From assembly GCA_002269645.1 (NCBI GenBank), contig NIVC01000230.1:434001-498000 (forward strand): a stretch of DNA of 64,000 bases, in the 5' to 3' direction. Positions within the stretch are counted from its first letter, which is position 1; the number at the start of each line of letters is the position of its first letter. Shown here piece after piece: positions 1 to 11,800 of the stretch. The notes under the pieces were generated by a model. It worked only from the letters and a program-made list of their open reading frames with translations, did no database searches and was not told the DNA's origin. Made by a program: the position numbers and the translations under genes. The stretch is from Macrostomum lignano (lineage: Eukaryota).

Positions 1-1735
1 CCAATTCTCCCCTGTCACCAATTCTCCTCTTCACAATTCTCCTCTGTCACCAATTCTCCCCTGTCACCAATTCTCCTCTGTCACCAATTCTCCTCTGTCA
101 CCAATTCTCCCTGTCACCAATTCTCCTCTGTCACCAATTCTCCTGTCACCAATTCTCCCCTGTCACCAATTCTCCTCTTCAACAATTCTCCTCTGTCACC
201 AATTCTCCCCTGTCACCAATTCTCCTCTTTCACCAATTCTCCCCTGTCACCAATTCTCCTCTGTTACCAATTCTCCCCTGTCACCAATTCTCCCCTGTCA
301 CCAATTCTCCTCTTTCACCAATTCTCCTCTGTCACCAATTCTCCCCTGTCACCAATTCCCCCTGTCAGCAATTCCCCCTGTCACCAATTCTCCCCTGTCA
401 CCAATTCTCCTCTGTTACCAATTCTCCCCTGTCACCAATTCTCCCTGTCACCAATTCTCCCCTGTCACCAATTCTCCTCTTTCACCAATTCTCCTCTGTC
501 ACCAATTCTCCCTGTCACCAATTCTCCCTGTCACCAATTCTCCTCTTTCAAAAATTCTCCTCTGTACCAATTCTCCCCTGTCACCAATTCTCCCCTGTCA
601 CCAATTCTCCTCTGTTACCAATTCTCCCCTGTCACCAATTCTCCCCTGTCACCAATTCTCTCTGTTACCAATTCTCCCCTGTCACCAATTCTCCCTGTCA
701 CAACTAATTCTCCTCTGTCACCAATTCTCCCCTGTCACCAATTCTCCCCTGTCACCAATTCTCCTCTTTCAACAATTCTCCTCTGTCACCAATTCTCCCC
801 TGTCACCAATTCTCCCCTGTCACCAATTCTCCTCTTTCACCAATTCTCCCCTGTCACCAATTCTCCTCTGTTACCAATTCTCCCCTGTCACCAATTCTCC
901 CCTGTCACCAATTCTCCTCTTTCACCAATTCTCCTCTGTCACCAATTCTCCCCTGTCACCAATTCCCCCTGTCAGCAATTCCCCCTGTCACCAATTCTCC
1001 CCTGTCACCAATTCTCCTCTGTTACCAATTCTCCCCTGTCACCAATTCTCCTCTGTCACCAATTCTCCTCTTTCACCAATTCTCCTGTGTCACCAATTCC
1101 CCTGTCACCAATTCTCCTCTGTCACCAATTCTCCCCTGTCACCAATTCTCCTCTGTCACCAATTCTCCTCTTTCACCAATTCTCCCCTGTCACCAATTCT
1201 CCCCTGTCACCAATTCTCCCCTGTCATCAATTCTCCCTGTCACCAATTCTCCCCTGTCACCAATTCTCCTCTGTTACCAATTCTCCCCTGTCACCAATTC
1301 CCCCTGTCACCAATTCTCCCCTGTCACCAATTCTCCTCTGTCACCAATTCTCCTCTGTCACCAATTCTCCTCTGTTACCAATTCTCCCCTGTCACCAATT
1401 CCCCCTGTCACCAATTCTCCCCTGTCACCAATTCTCCCCTGTCACCAATTCTCCTCTTTCACCAATTCTCCTCTGTTACCAATTCTCCCCTGTCACCAAT
1501 TCTCCTCTGTCACCAATTCTCCCCTGTCACCAATTCTCCTCTTTCACCAATTCTCCTCTGTCACCAATTCTCCCCTGTCACCAATTCTCCTCTGTCACCA
1601 ATTCTCCCCTGTCACCAATTCTCCTCTGTCACCAATTCTCCCCTGTCACCAATTCTCCCCTGTCACCAATTCTCCTCTTTCACCAATTCTCCTCTGTCAC
1701 AATCCTCCCGTGTCACCAAATCCCCCTGTCACCAA
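1..1735. repeat. 17-bp minisatellite (TGTCACCAATTCTCC[C/T]C), about 100 copies, probably within an upstream intron of the K2P gene
   Basis: Period read directly; the ORF at 1087-1812 is a translation artefact of the array. Confidence 0.95.
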
Positions 1736-1820
1736 ATATCGCGCCTGGATATTTGACATGCTGGAATTCATTAGCATCTATACCCTCGCCAACAAAGCCA
1801 TGCGGTTGCTAGGACCTCAG

Positions 1821-4714
1821 AGGACGAGCCGAGCCGCTCGATTCCCGAGCTGGAGCAGCCTGTCGCAGTCAGTCCGCTGACTCGCCTGACTCAAGGCTGC
1901 CACCCCAGGCGGCTGAAATTCCCAGCGGCGAACAGCTGCTCCAGGCAGTTGCTGCTGGTGCTGGTTCTGTTCCTCTACCTCGGCTTCGGGGCCGCCGTTT
2001 TCTCGGCGTTGGAACGTCAGGCGGAGCTGCAGAGGGAGCGCCAGATGGTGCAGCTGCTGCGGGATATTGCCGGTTGGTAATCTGTTGTTCTCTGTGGGAT
2101 CCTCGTAGCGTGAATGACGTGATTTCAAAGCTGAATGCTTGGAACGGTTGAGACGGAGGGGTGATTGAGATCAGAGTCAGTAAGTCAGAGGTAGAGTAGA
2201 AAGTCTGGAGGGAGAGCGAAGGAGAGGGAAAGGGAGATGAGAAACAATGGGAGAGAAGCAGAGAAGGGTGAGAGGAGACAGAACAAGGGAGAAGAGAGAG
2301 GATGTTGAGAGATACTAGAGGAGAGGAGAGAGACAAGAAATGGGAAATGAGAGAGAAGAGAGAGAGAAGAGGAGAGACAGGAGAGGAGAGAGAGGAGATG
2401 AGAGACAGGAGAGGTGAGACAGGAGAGGAGATGAGAGACAGGAGAGGAGAGAGAGGAGATGAGAGACAGGAGAGGAGATGAGAGACAGGAGAGGAGAGAG
2501 AGGAGATGAGAGACAGGAGAGGTGAGACAGGAGAGGAGATGAGAGACAGGAGAGGAGAGGACAATGGGATGGACAGGGAGGGAAGAGGAAGTACAGGACA
2601 GGAGAGGATCAGATGAGCAGGAACAGGGACAACAGGTGGACACTATCAGTCTAACAGGTGACACTATCCTCTGTCTAACAGGTGACACTATCCTCTGTCT
2701 AACAGGTGACACAGTCTAACAGGTGACACTATCCTCTGTCTAACAGGTGACACTATCCTCTGTCTAACAGGTGACACTATCCTCTGTCTAACAGGTGACA
2801 CTATCCTCTGTCTAACAGGTGACACTATCCTCTGTCTAACAGGTGACACTATCTCTGTCTAACAGGTGACACTATCCTCTGTCTAACAGGTGACACTATC
2901 CTCTGTCTAACAGGTGACACTATCCTCTGTCTAACAGGTGACACTATCCTCTGTCTAACAGGTGACACTATCCTCTGTCTAACAGGTGACACTATCCTCT
3001 GTCTAACAGGTGACACTATCCTCTGTCAACAGGCGAGGGAGTGATCGAACAGGTACGAGACCTTGGAAAACGATCGGATAAAATTGCCAACAAATCACCA
3101 GTTATTTCGCAGGCATAAATGCACAATTTCACTAAAAGAAAGCAGGGCCAAAACACGTCTGTCCTGCAGAGGCCGTCGAACGCACGGACAGCTGGCAAAA
3201 CGAGCTGCTGTGCCTGCAAGCCGCCTTGACTCCGCAGCCAGGACGCCAGCTATCGCAGTATCAGTCGCTGCCAAGCAGGGGATTTTATTGGCGGGATATT
3301 TTTCAGCATGACATCATCACACACCATCGGCTATGGCAACGTGGCGCCGTCCACGGATCTCGGCCGCGGCTTCTGCTGCCTGTACGCCATGATTGGCATC
3401 CCGCTGCTGGCCCTGTTCTTGGGCGGGCTGGCCGCCAAGTTAAAGGGGCTGGAGCTGCGGGCGCTTCGACTGGAGTGCTGGAAGTCCAGGAGGCGGCTGG
3501 GGACCGGGGTGGCGTGCGTTGCGTTCATCCTGGTTGGATTCCTGCTGTACTTTGTCCTGCCATCGTTGGTGTTCACCTATTCGGAGGGCTGGCAGTTTGG
3601 GGTCGGCATGTACTACTGCTTTGTGACGCTGTCGACCATCGGGTTCGGGGACTTCATTGCCGGTGAGGGGGTGGGGGTATCGATCGGGTATTGGGAATCA
3701 GGTATAGGGAATCCGAATCTGGTTTATTATCTATAAAAATCGGGTATTGTGTATTGCTGAACAGGTATTCTAGGAAACTGTTATTCTGGGAAAAGGGCAT
3801 TCTAAGAAAGTGGTATTCTAGGAAACGAGCATTTTGGGAAACGGGTATTCCAGGAAACGAGCATTTTGGGAAACGGGTATTCCAGGAAACGAGCATTTTG
3901 GGAAACGGGTATTCAGGAAACGAGCATTTTGGGAGACGGGTATTCCAGGAAATGAAATGCAAACGGGTATTCAGGAAACGAGCATTTTTGGAAACGGGTA
4001 TTCCAGGAAATGAGCATTTTGGGAAACGGGTATTCCAGGAAATGAGCATTTTGGGAAACGGGTATTCAGGAAACGAGCATTTTTGGAAACGGGTATTCCA
4101 GGAAATGAGCATTTTGGGAGACGGGTATTCCAGGAAATGAGCATTTTGGGAGACGGGTATTCCAGGAAATGAGCATTTTGGGAGACGGGTATTCCAGGAA
4201 ACGGGTATTCTAGGAAACGGAGATTGGGCATTTAGAACTAAGCAACGTGCAAACTCTGCTTAACCTAGCAGTATCTGATGTGCACTGTACATAGCTGCTG
4301 TTCTGTCCATAGAACTCATTGACATGTGCGAGCGTACATAGACAAGCTTAATATCCATAAACTCCTTCTCTATTCCATTCAACCCCCATAGGCCAGCAAA
4401 AAACCCCGGTATTTCCCGGTTACAAGTTGTTCCTAAGCCTGTGGATCTACACCGGGCTCATCTACGTGTCCGCTTGCATCGCCGCCATCCAGTCGGCTAT
4501 GGAGCGCGGCGCTGAAGCTCTGGCAGCCGGATCAGACGATGATACTGCAGGCTCATCCAACAGTAAATCCGACGAACGGCAGGTTGTTAATCGAGTCCGA
4601 GTCGCTGACGAATCTGATAGCAAATCTCTTTCACAGGCGCCGAATATGGCTCTTGAAGAGGTGCACAACTGCGATGGAGACCAGCAGCAGCAGCAGCAAC
4701 TGGATGCACTTTAA
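1821..4714 (+). CDS. Two-pore-domain potassium channel (K2P/KCNK family), 5' partial; exons ~1821-2072, 3033-3052, ~3172-3662, 4392-4714
   Basis: TM1 LLLVLVLFLYLGFGAAVFSALE; P1 TIGYGNVAPST; TM2/TM3; P2 YYCFVTLSTIGFGDF; TM4 LFLSLWIYTGLIYVSACIAAIQ. GT-AG junctions keep phase. No in-frame ATG upstream of 1821 within the window. Apparent indels near 3279 and 3311-3322. Confidence 0.85.
2185..2600. repeat. Purine-rich (GAGAGACAGGAGAGGAGAT-like) low-complexity repeat in K2P intron
   Basis: Read directly. Confidence 0.85.
2633..3032 (+). repeat. 24-bp minisatellite GTGACACTATCCTCTGTCTAACAG, about 16 copies, ending at the true splice acceptor
   Basis: Each unit ends in CTAACAG followed by GTGAC; the last unit (TGTCAACAG) supplies the acceptor of the 20-nt exon 3033-3052. 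Confidence 0.9.
3815..4220. repeat. 32-bp minisatellite (two related 16-mers GGAAACGGGTATTCCA / GGAAACGAGCATTTTG) in K2P intron
   Basis: Period of 32 checked at 3825/3857/3889. Confidence 0.9.
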
Positions 4715-5907
4715 AAACACTTTGCGACGACATTGATTTTTTCAATTAGAATTCTTCTTCTGTTATCTGACATAAAATATACTATGATATACCAGCTACT
4801 TAATCTGTCTTTTTCAATGGAATATTTGCCTTCAAAACACAATAATAGCAATTGTAATAACTGTCAGAGACCAGAAGCATTTAAAGCAAGGACGCAAGCA
4901 TCATGGAGCCATCAAGGACTTATACACAACTAGAAGGACAGGCTGGTTTTCGCCGAAGAATGCACTACGGAGAAACTACAAAAATTGTTATTGTTTTCAG
5001 CAGGAGTATTGCTCTATCGATATTCATAAAGCTTTTCGTTCAGAAAATTAAGATTCCATGTTAATTTTTTATTCCACGTACAATTGCATATCTCCTGTGC
5101 CTGAGAACCATTGAAATGGCACGGCTCGGCTCATTGGTTTTATGAATCTATTTTGTCATTCTTAAGCTAGCTGTGTAACAGAGATGATACTCGTAAAATA
5201 GATTCAAAACACCAGAGTTGAGCTGTGCCATACATTTTTAAGATTTTTAGGTACAGGAAAAGTACGTAGAATAAAAAATTTAACATGGAATCTTAATTTT
5301 CTAAACAAAAAGCTCGATGAGTATCAATAAAGCTATAAGAAAGTTAGAAAGGCAAAAAATATCAAAAGATGAACACTGGATCTGCCTCCTATCGAAAACA
5401 ATAACAATTTTTGTGCTGAAAAATGAAGCCTTCATATCTCCGTAGTGTATTTTTCGGCAAAAACCAGCATCCTCAACATTTTCCATGAAACGTAGTCTCC
5501 CGTCCTTCTACTTGAGTAGGCCTTGGCAGAGGTGCCTGAGGTGAGCCTAGGTAGGACAGCGTAAGGTCTTGGGGTCTAGTTGCGAAGCTGAGCTCTCGAT
5601 GGAGTATGATTTAGGAGTGGTTGGTTATGGACCTGTGTGAAGTTGGAGTTACTTATAATGCTGTAGTTTGTAGGTCAGTCGATTTGCCTGGAAACAGAGA
5701 GCATTTTCCGCAGGAAGATTTTTGACAACGCGAAACTATCATTATAGGGTTGGGGAATGTTGAACATTTTCAAATTCCTTGATGCAAGATTATAGCTGGC
5801 CATATTAATGTGACTACATGCAGACTCCCTACAACAGCACTGATGCAGAGCAGCATCAAGGACAACTTAAGTAGACGGACGCAACACTCGAAATCTGTGG
5901 TAAATGT

Positions 5908-6290
5908 TTTGAAGGCAACTTATCGCCGAAAAAATACACTACAGAGATAGGAAATTTCACGATTTTCAACACTAAAACAAGTGATTGGGTCTCTTAACAG
6001 TGTCAGAGAAAGTTCTAATCACACTATTTTGTGCCTCACATGCTGCTCTAACGACGCATTAATCGATTTTTCATGTTGAATTGGTCTTTTACTTGAAAAA
6101 AAACGTTTAAAGTAATGACAAGACCAATTTAACATCGATTAATGCGTCGTTAGAGCAGCATGTGAGGCACAAAATAGTGTGATTAGAACTTTCTCTGACA
6201 CTGTTAAGAGACCCAAGCACTGTTTTAGTGTTGAAAATCGTGAAATTTCCTATCTCGGTAGTGTATTTTTCCGGTGAAAGCTGCCTTTAA
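5908..6290. mobile_element. Foldback/MITE-like long inverted repeat; related fragments at ~4950-5045, ~5330-5520, ~6300-6530 and ~10250-10490
   Basis: Perfect 83-bp inverted repeat 5985-6067 / 6134-6216, with imperfect extension out to 5908 and 6290. Shared motif GTAGTGTATTTTT(T)C(C)GG in dispersed copies on both strands. Confidence 0.7.
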
Positions 6291-6749
6291 AACTATCTCT
6301 GAACAAAAAGCTTTATGAATATCGATAGAGCAATAAGAAAGGCACAACATTTCAGAAGATGTACACTGGATCTGCCTCCTATCAAAAGCAATAACATTTT
6401 TTGTGCTGGAAGAATATAATAAAACCTCCTATCTCTGTAGTGTATTTTTTCGGCGAAAAGTTGCCTTCAAAACACTTACCATAGATTTCGAGTGTTGCGT
6501 CCCATATATGTTACTTGAGTTGTCCTTGGCATGCATGTGGCCCTTTGAGACCCTAGCTGGGGGAATTTTTACAGTAGATGTACGACGTATGTCGGCCACT
6601 GTGTAGATAATGATTATAATTTTAAATAAAATAATATTGTACTTATTGAGAAGCTTAATTCAAATCTAGAGTCGTCAAATATCGCGCCTCCCCTCCTCTC
6701 TTAAAAACCCTTCTCCCCACTGACATGTCTATCAACGATATTATGATAT

Positions 6750-7429
6750 CTAGTTTTCATAGCTAACACGGGACCCATTGACTGATGGTAAGCAAATACT
6801 TTGTTTTACCGGGTGAAATTCACAGCTGTCAAAATATCGTCTGCACGCCTGGGATAAACCCGAACAATATCCTTTGATTGATGGCCTGTTGAGAATGTGA
6901 GAATTAAGTGCCAGTCGCACACGTTTTTCACAGACCACAGCTGTTGCCAGTAGATCCGCAGGCTTTGACAACCAATTGACATCTCCATGGTAATTGAAGA
7001 CCCCGAAAAGTAATCTAGTATAAAATTCCTATGGAAAGAAACAAGCATGGGAATCGGATGTACAGTAGACATTATCCTCAGGTACAGTGCAGGTAATCCA
7101 GAGATTAGGTTAATCCGTGCCGCCACCAACCGCGGTGCAAACTGCTTGGTTCACCAGCTCCCTCGAAACCGGATTTCCGACTAGAAGCGTCTCTGAGCTG
7201 AACTGCCAAGTATGTGGTGTCACTTCGCTGTCAATCTTGAAGTCATACTGCGTGTGTAAGCCAATGAAATGGGGCGTTGCTGGGTGGGACTGGATCGCAT
7301 TGACGACCATTGCAGAGCCCTGTTTATCCAGGACCGCGAAGCCCACCAATTACTCTGAGTTATTTTGTTCCGTAGCACAACTGTACACTGACGCCGCAGT
7401 TCTCTTCCCTCATTCGCTTGTGCGCTCAT
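6750..7429 (-). pseudogene. Possible degenerate C-type-lectin-like (plus Cys-rich PAN-like) coding remnant, head-to-head with the FReD gene
   Basis: Minus-strand fragments HFIGLH...WQFSS...VCTAV...W.TC and TAVVCEK resemble CTLD motifs, but need a frameshift and contain a stop. Weak. Confidence 0.25.
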
Positions 7430-7586
7430 TGTTGCCAAGCAGTTGTAAATAAACAAAACTCAGCCGCCCACCTCCAAAATCCACCTCCGCCCAACACCGC
7501 ATCAAGTTATCAAAGCGCAGCCTCACGGGATGCCAACACACGGAGCAAAACTGCAGAATCTTAAACAACTGCTGTCTCACGGCTCA

Positions 7587-8811
7587 ATGCATTCTCTGTT
7601 CATCATCTGCGCTGTCATGGCGACTGCAATGGCCACAGACTCCGGCTGGGAGCGCCAGCAAGGCGACCTCGCCGAGTACCGGGTGCTGGCGGTGAAGCTG
7701 GCCATCAGCGAAATTCACTGTACGATGGTTGCTGAGAACGCAGATGCCGTCCGCTTCGACGCGGCCTCGGGCTCCTGCTCGCTGCTGGCCTGCGATCGGG
7801 GAGCGATGGACGCCTGCAGGAAGTGCCGGCACGCCAGCGACTCCAGCCTGTCTCAGCTGTGGGTGAGTGAGCTGGGTTTTGCTTTGCAGCTTCTGCACTT
7901 TGCAGCACCGCATCAATATGCGTGCACGAAATGCAGCACCGCATCAATATGCGTGCACGAAATGCAGCACCGCATCAATATGCGTGCACGAAATGCAGCA
8001 CCGCATCAATATGCGTGCACGAAATGCAGCACCGCATCAATATGCGTGCACGAAATGCAGCACCGCATCAATATGCGTGCACGAAATGCAGCACCGCATC
8101 AATATGCGTGCACGAAATGCAGCACCGCATCAATATGCGTGCACGAAATGCAGCACCGCATCAATATGCGTACACGAAATGCAGCACCGCATCAATATGC
8201 GTAGACGAAATGCAGCACCGCATCGCCCATTGCAGATGAGAAAACTGGTGAAGTGCTGGACGACCTTCCAGCACAGAGTCGACGGCTCCGTCAGCTTCAA
8301 CCGGAACTGGGCGGAGTACGCGAGCGGATTCGGTCAGGGCGAGAGTCTCAACTACTGGATGGGACTGGAGCAGCTCCACCAGCTCACCGCCACTGGAGTG
8401 TGGAGAGTCCGCTGGGAGTTCAGCGACTGGAACGGCACCTGGTACTGGGCTGAGAATGCTCCGTTCTCTGTTGGCCCAGCGAGCGACAAGTTCAGGTGCT
8501 CGATGGGACCTCTGGACGCGAGCAGGTCGAGTGTCGGGCAGTTGATTAATTCGAACTTCTCACCGAACAGCTGGCAGTTTAGTACTCCGGACTCGGACAA
8601 TGACAACCATAGCGGAGGCAGCTGTGCACAAAGCAGGCTGTCTGGCTGGTGGTACGGCAAGTGTTCATTCATGAACCCGAACGGTGTCTACAGAGAGTAT
8701 CCCAATATTAACACACGGGGAATCTATTACTATCTTCATGCATCTGGATCTGGTAGCGCACTTGTTATACCATACTCGATGAAGACGTTTGAGTGCCTGA
8801 TTTTCAGCTGA
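7587..8811 (+). CDS. Secreted fibrinogen-related-domain (FReD) protein with N-terminal PAN/apple-like module; exons 7587-7862 and 8236-8811
   Basis: Signal-like MHSLFIICAVMATAMA; FReD motifs WTTFQHRVDGSVSFNRNWAEYASGFG, YWMGLEQLHQLT, FSTPDSDND, CA....SGWWYGKC...NPNG; phase-0 GTGAGT...TTGCAG intron. Confidence 0.88.
7902..8222. repeat. 31-bp minisatellite GCAGCACCGCATCAATATGCGTGCACGAAAT, about 10 copies, filling the FReD intron
   Basis: Period of 31 checked at 7902/7933. Confidence 0.95.
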
Positions 8812-11800
8812 GCTGTTTTACGCCGAAAGGGCGAGGACTGTGATGAGCGAGGGTAGGACACTCACTATTGGACGTAATATAGTTCCCATCAGTTGAATTA
8901 AAAAGAATCAAAGAGAGGCAAAAAAGTACCCTATGGAAATAGTTGCACTTAACTTAATCCAAGCACCGTAATTTATACGAGCCACTTCGTACTATAGACT
9001 GTTTAGCTTTGTGTGACTAGAATCATACGAGTATTTTCTTTATTTAGCAGATCTTGGCTACTGGGGATTAAGTGTGTACAACTTCCGCTCCTGTGGCTAA
9101 GGGTCACAAGCTTTAAAATGCTAGCAGGCTTGCGCTCTAGCGAGACTCGAACTCAAAATATTACAATCGTACTCGATGAATACGTGTTTGAGTGTCTGAT
9201 ATCCAGCTGAGCTCCAAACTGTGGATCAAATTTCCTGCAGGTCAGCTGCTGCATTCATTGATTTGTCGCGTCACGATCCCCATAATTCTCAAGCCTAATT
9301 TTTTCCAGTCACAAATTTTCACTTGGTGGCGCAGCATGCCTGCATGAAATGGCCGTCTCCTCTGTGTTGTTATTGCTTTCCCTTGTAATTTTAAAGTATT
9401 TTTTTAACAGCCGACTGTTTCCTGCTTCTTCTGCTTCTTAAACTCATTGTGCAGTTTCTCTTTTCACGCTTATTACTGCTCAGGTCTTGATTAGGACATT
9501 CTTGTGTATTAATTCTAATTATATTACCTGATCACTGTACTTATACTCGTACTTTTGACAGCTTACCTAACACTCAATATAAAAAAAACGTACGTTATTG
9601 TATTCTTTTCGGTGAAAGGTGAAAACATATTGTTAGCTGGCCAGACAAGTCGTTAGCTATAGCTAAGTTGCAAGTTTCTGTAGCTATTTGGCTGTTTGAT
9701 GACCCAATTACAGACATTTGGCCGTAAATTACTGTAATTGTCGCTGTACTATATTATATTTTCCTCGAAATTCTGTATACTAAAAATTTCTTCTAACAAT
9801 TATACACATGGATTTCCTTATGCTTATAATAATTATTTTATACATCCTTATGATAAAATACATGGTTCGCAGCAATCCTGAGAGTGCTGCCTGTAGACTT
9901 TCTAAATTTCTGATCTGTTGAAATCCGAGCACATCTGAGATGCTGCTTATCGATTGTGCAAACCAGCAGAGCACTGGGATATGCTTTGGCTTGAGGATCA
10001 TTTGAGAATGGCGTATTCAGCAATTAATGACTGCTCCGCGTGTATTTCCATATGCCACATCGACATCCTCCACTGCATCCCTCTCCGTTACTTTCAACGT
10101 GTTAGAAACTCAAAGCAAACTCAACCAGCAGCACTCGAATTGGTAAAATTAATGCGCGATTTAATTAAAGGCAGCGAGACATTTGCAGCAGGGGGCACTG
10201 CAGCTTAGGGAAATGAAATATTTGAGTTTTAACGACAGCAGGTAGAAAAATTGACATACTCGTACATCCTTATTCTTAACGAAAAGCTGCCATAGAGCTA
10301 TCAGAGAGGCAAAAATATATAAAAAATGAACGTTGCAGGGCTGCCTTCTATCAAAAGCAATAACAATTTTTGTGCTGAAAAATGAAATCCTATATCTCCA
10401 TTGTAGTGTATTTTTCGGCAAAAACCATGCAGCCTCCTTATTATTTTCTAAGAAACGTAGTTTCCTGTCCTTCTAGTTGAGTAGTCCTGGGGGCCATGTG
10501 CTGTATAAGTTGTAGCTACATACATTTACATACATGCATATACGGTAGTATACATACATTTACAAGGACCTAGCTGCTGTGGTCCTTCATGTGTAGGGGT
10601 ATGATAAATACATTATTGTTCCTTTTATTTCTCATAAAATTTAAAGTCCGTGACTTCCTGCGCTTCCTTGGAGCTAGACCTGTGAATTAAATTGATAAAT
10701 CATTAACCCGCCGATGTGGGACAAAATTGACATTATCGTGCATTGGTTAGCTTCGTGAAAACCCCAGCGGTCATCAGTTTTAATTTATTTTAGAAGAATG
10801 AATAACTGTGCAAAAAAATACGTTAGCATTTTTTGCTCAAGAGACGAGTTTCAGCTATTTTAAAATTATTTATAATAAAAGGTAAAAGTTTTGTTATAAC
10901 AATTGTTTCAAAAGTTTTATAATTCAACTAATAAGATGAAGCTACTATTCTTCGAAATATATTTTTGTCAAGAAGAATTGTTTTCCATCCATGTGTGTAT
11001 TCTGCACGGCCTGTACCTTTCTTTTTCTTACTACTTACTGCACTAAAAATTAAAATATTACAATGTGTTGTTTCATTAATTTTTGGAAGATTTAATTTAG
11101 TATTTGAACTTCCTAGTCGGCCACTATACATTTAGTTGATAAAGGTGCTGTACTGCCTGTGCAGCACAGTTTAGTAGCCAAGAAAAAATCAATCTTTTAA
11201 TAACCTTCATTCTAATTAATGAAGGAGCGAATATAAGTTATCCAGCTATATTTGGTATTTATAAGTATACCAAGCAAAATAAGTCATCATATTCAAAAGA
11301 ATTTAATTAACTCTCTAACTGAACTTAGAAATTCAATTTCATTCAAGAAAAGTTGGCAGCATATACCATTTTGTTGAGACACTAGTGATCTAATGACACA
11401 CCTATGTACTTTTGTAGTTATAGCCATATTGAATTTTAACTATGTTATCTCTGTAGACTATAGTTGCAATTTATTGTTTTAAATGGTCAAGTCTCCATTT
11501 TTATTGTTCTGCCATAGCTGTAGCTACAGCTACGGGATCCTATGGCAAATAGGGCCTATGGTAAAATAGGTGCCTACGGCAGCTATGGATACGCCTATGG
11601 TAGCTAGCTGCTCTTACGGCTATGACTATGGAAATATGGTAGTTGCTATTAAATTCCGTAGATTCCCATAGCCATGCCCATAGTTATTAATGTTAAAAAT
11701 TGAAAAAAATATTAGAAACAGGTAGAGTAAAACAAAGATACTTTTAGTAAACTGTATTATCAACCTAGAAACTTAAAAAAATATCCATAAAAAGTACAAT

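Noticed and set aside
1800-1880. ATG at 1800 as the K2P start codon
   Set aside because: It is out of frame with TM1 and reaches a stop at ~1878.
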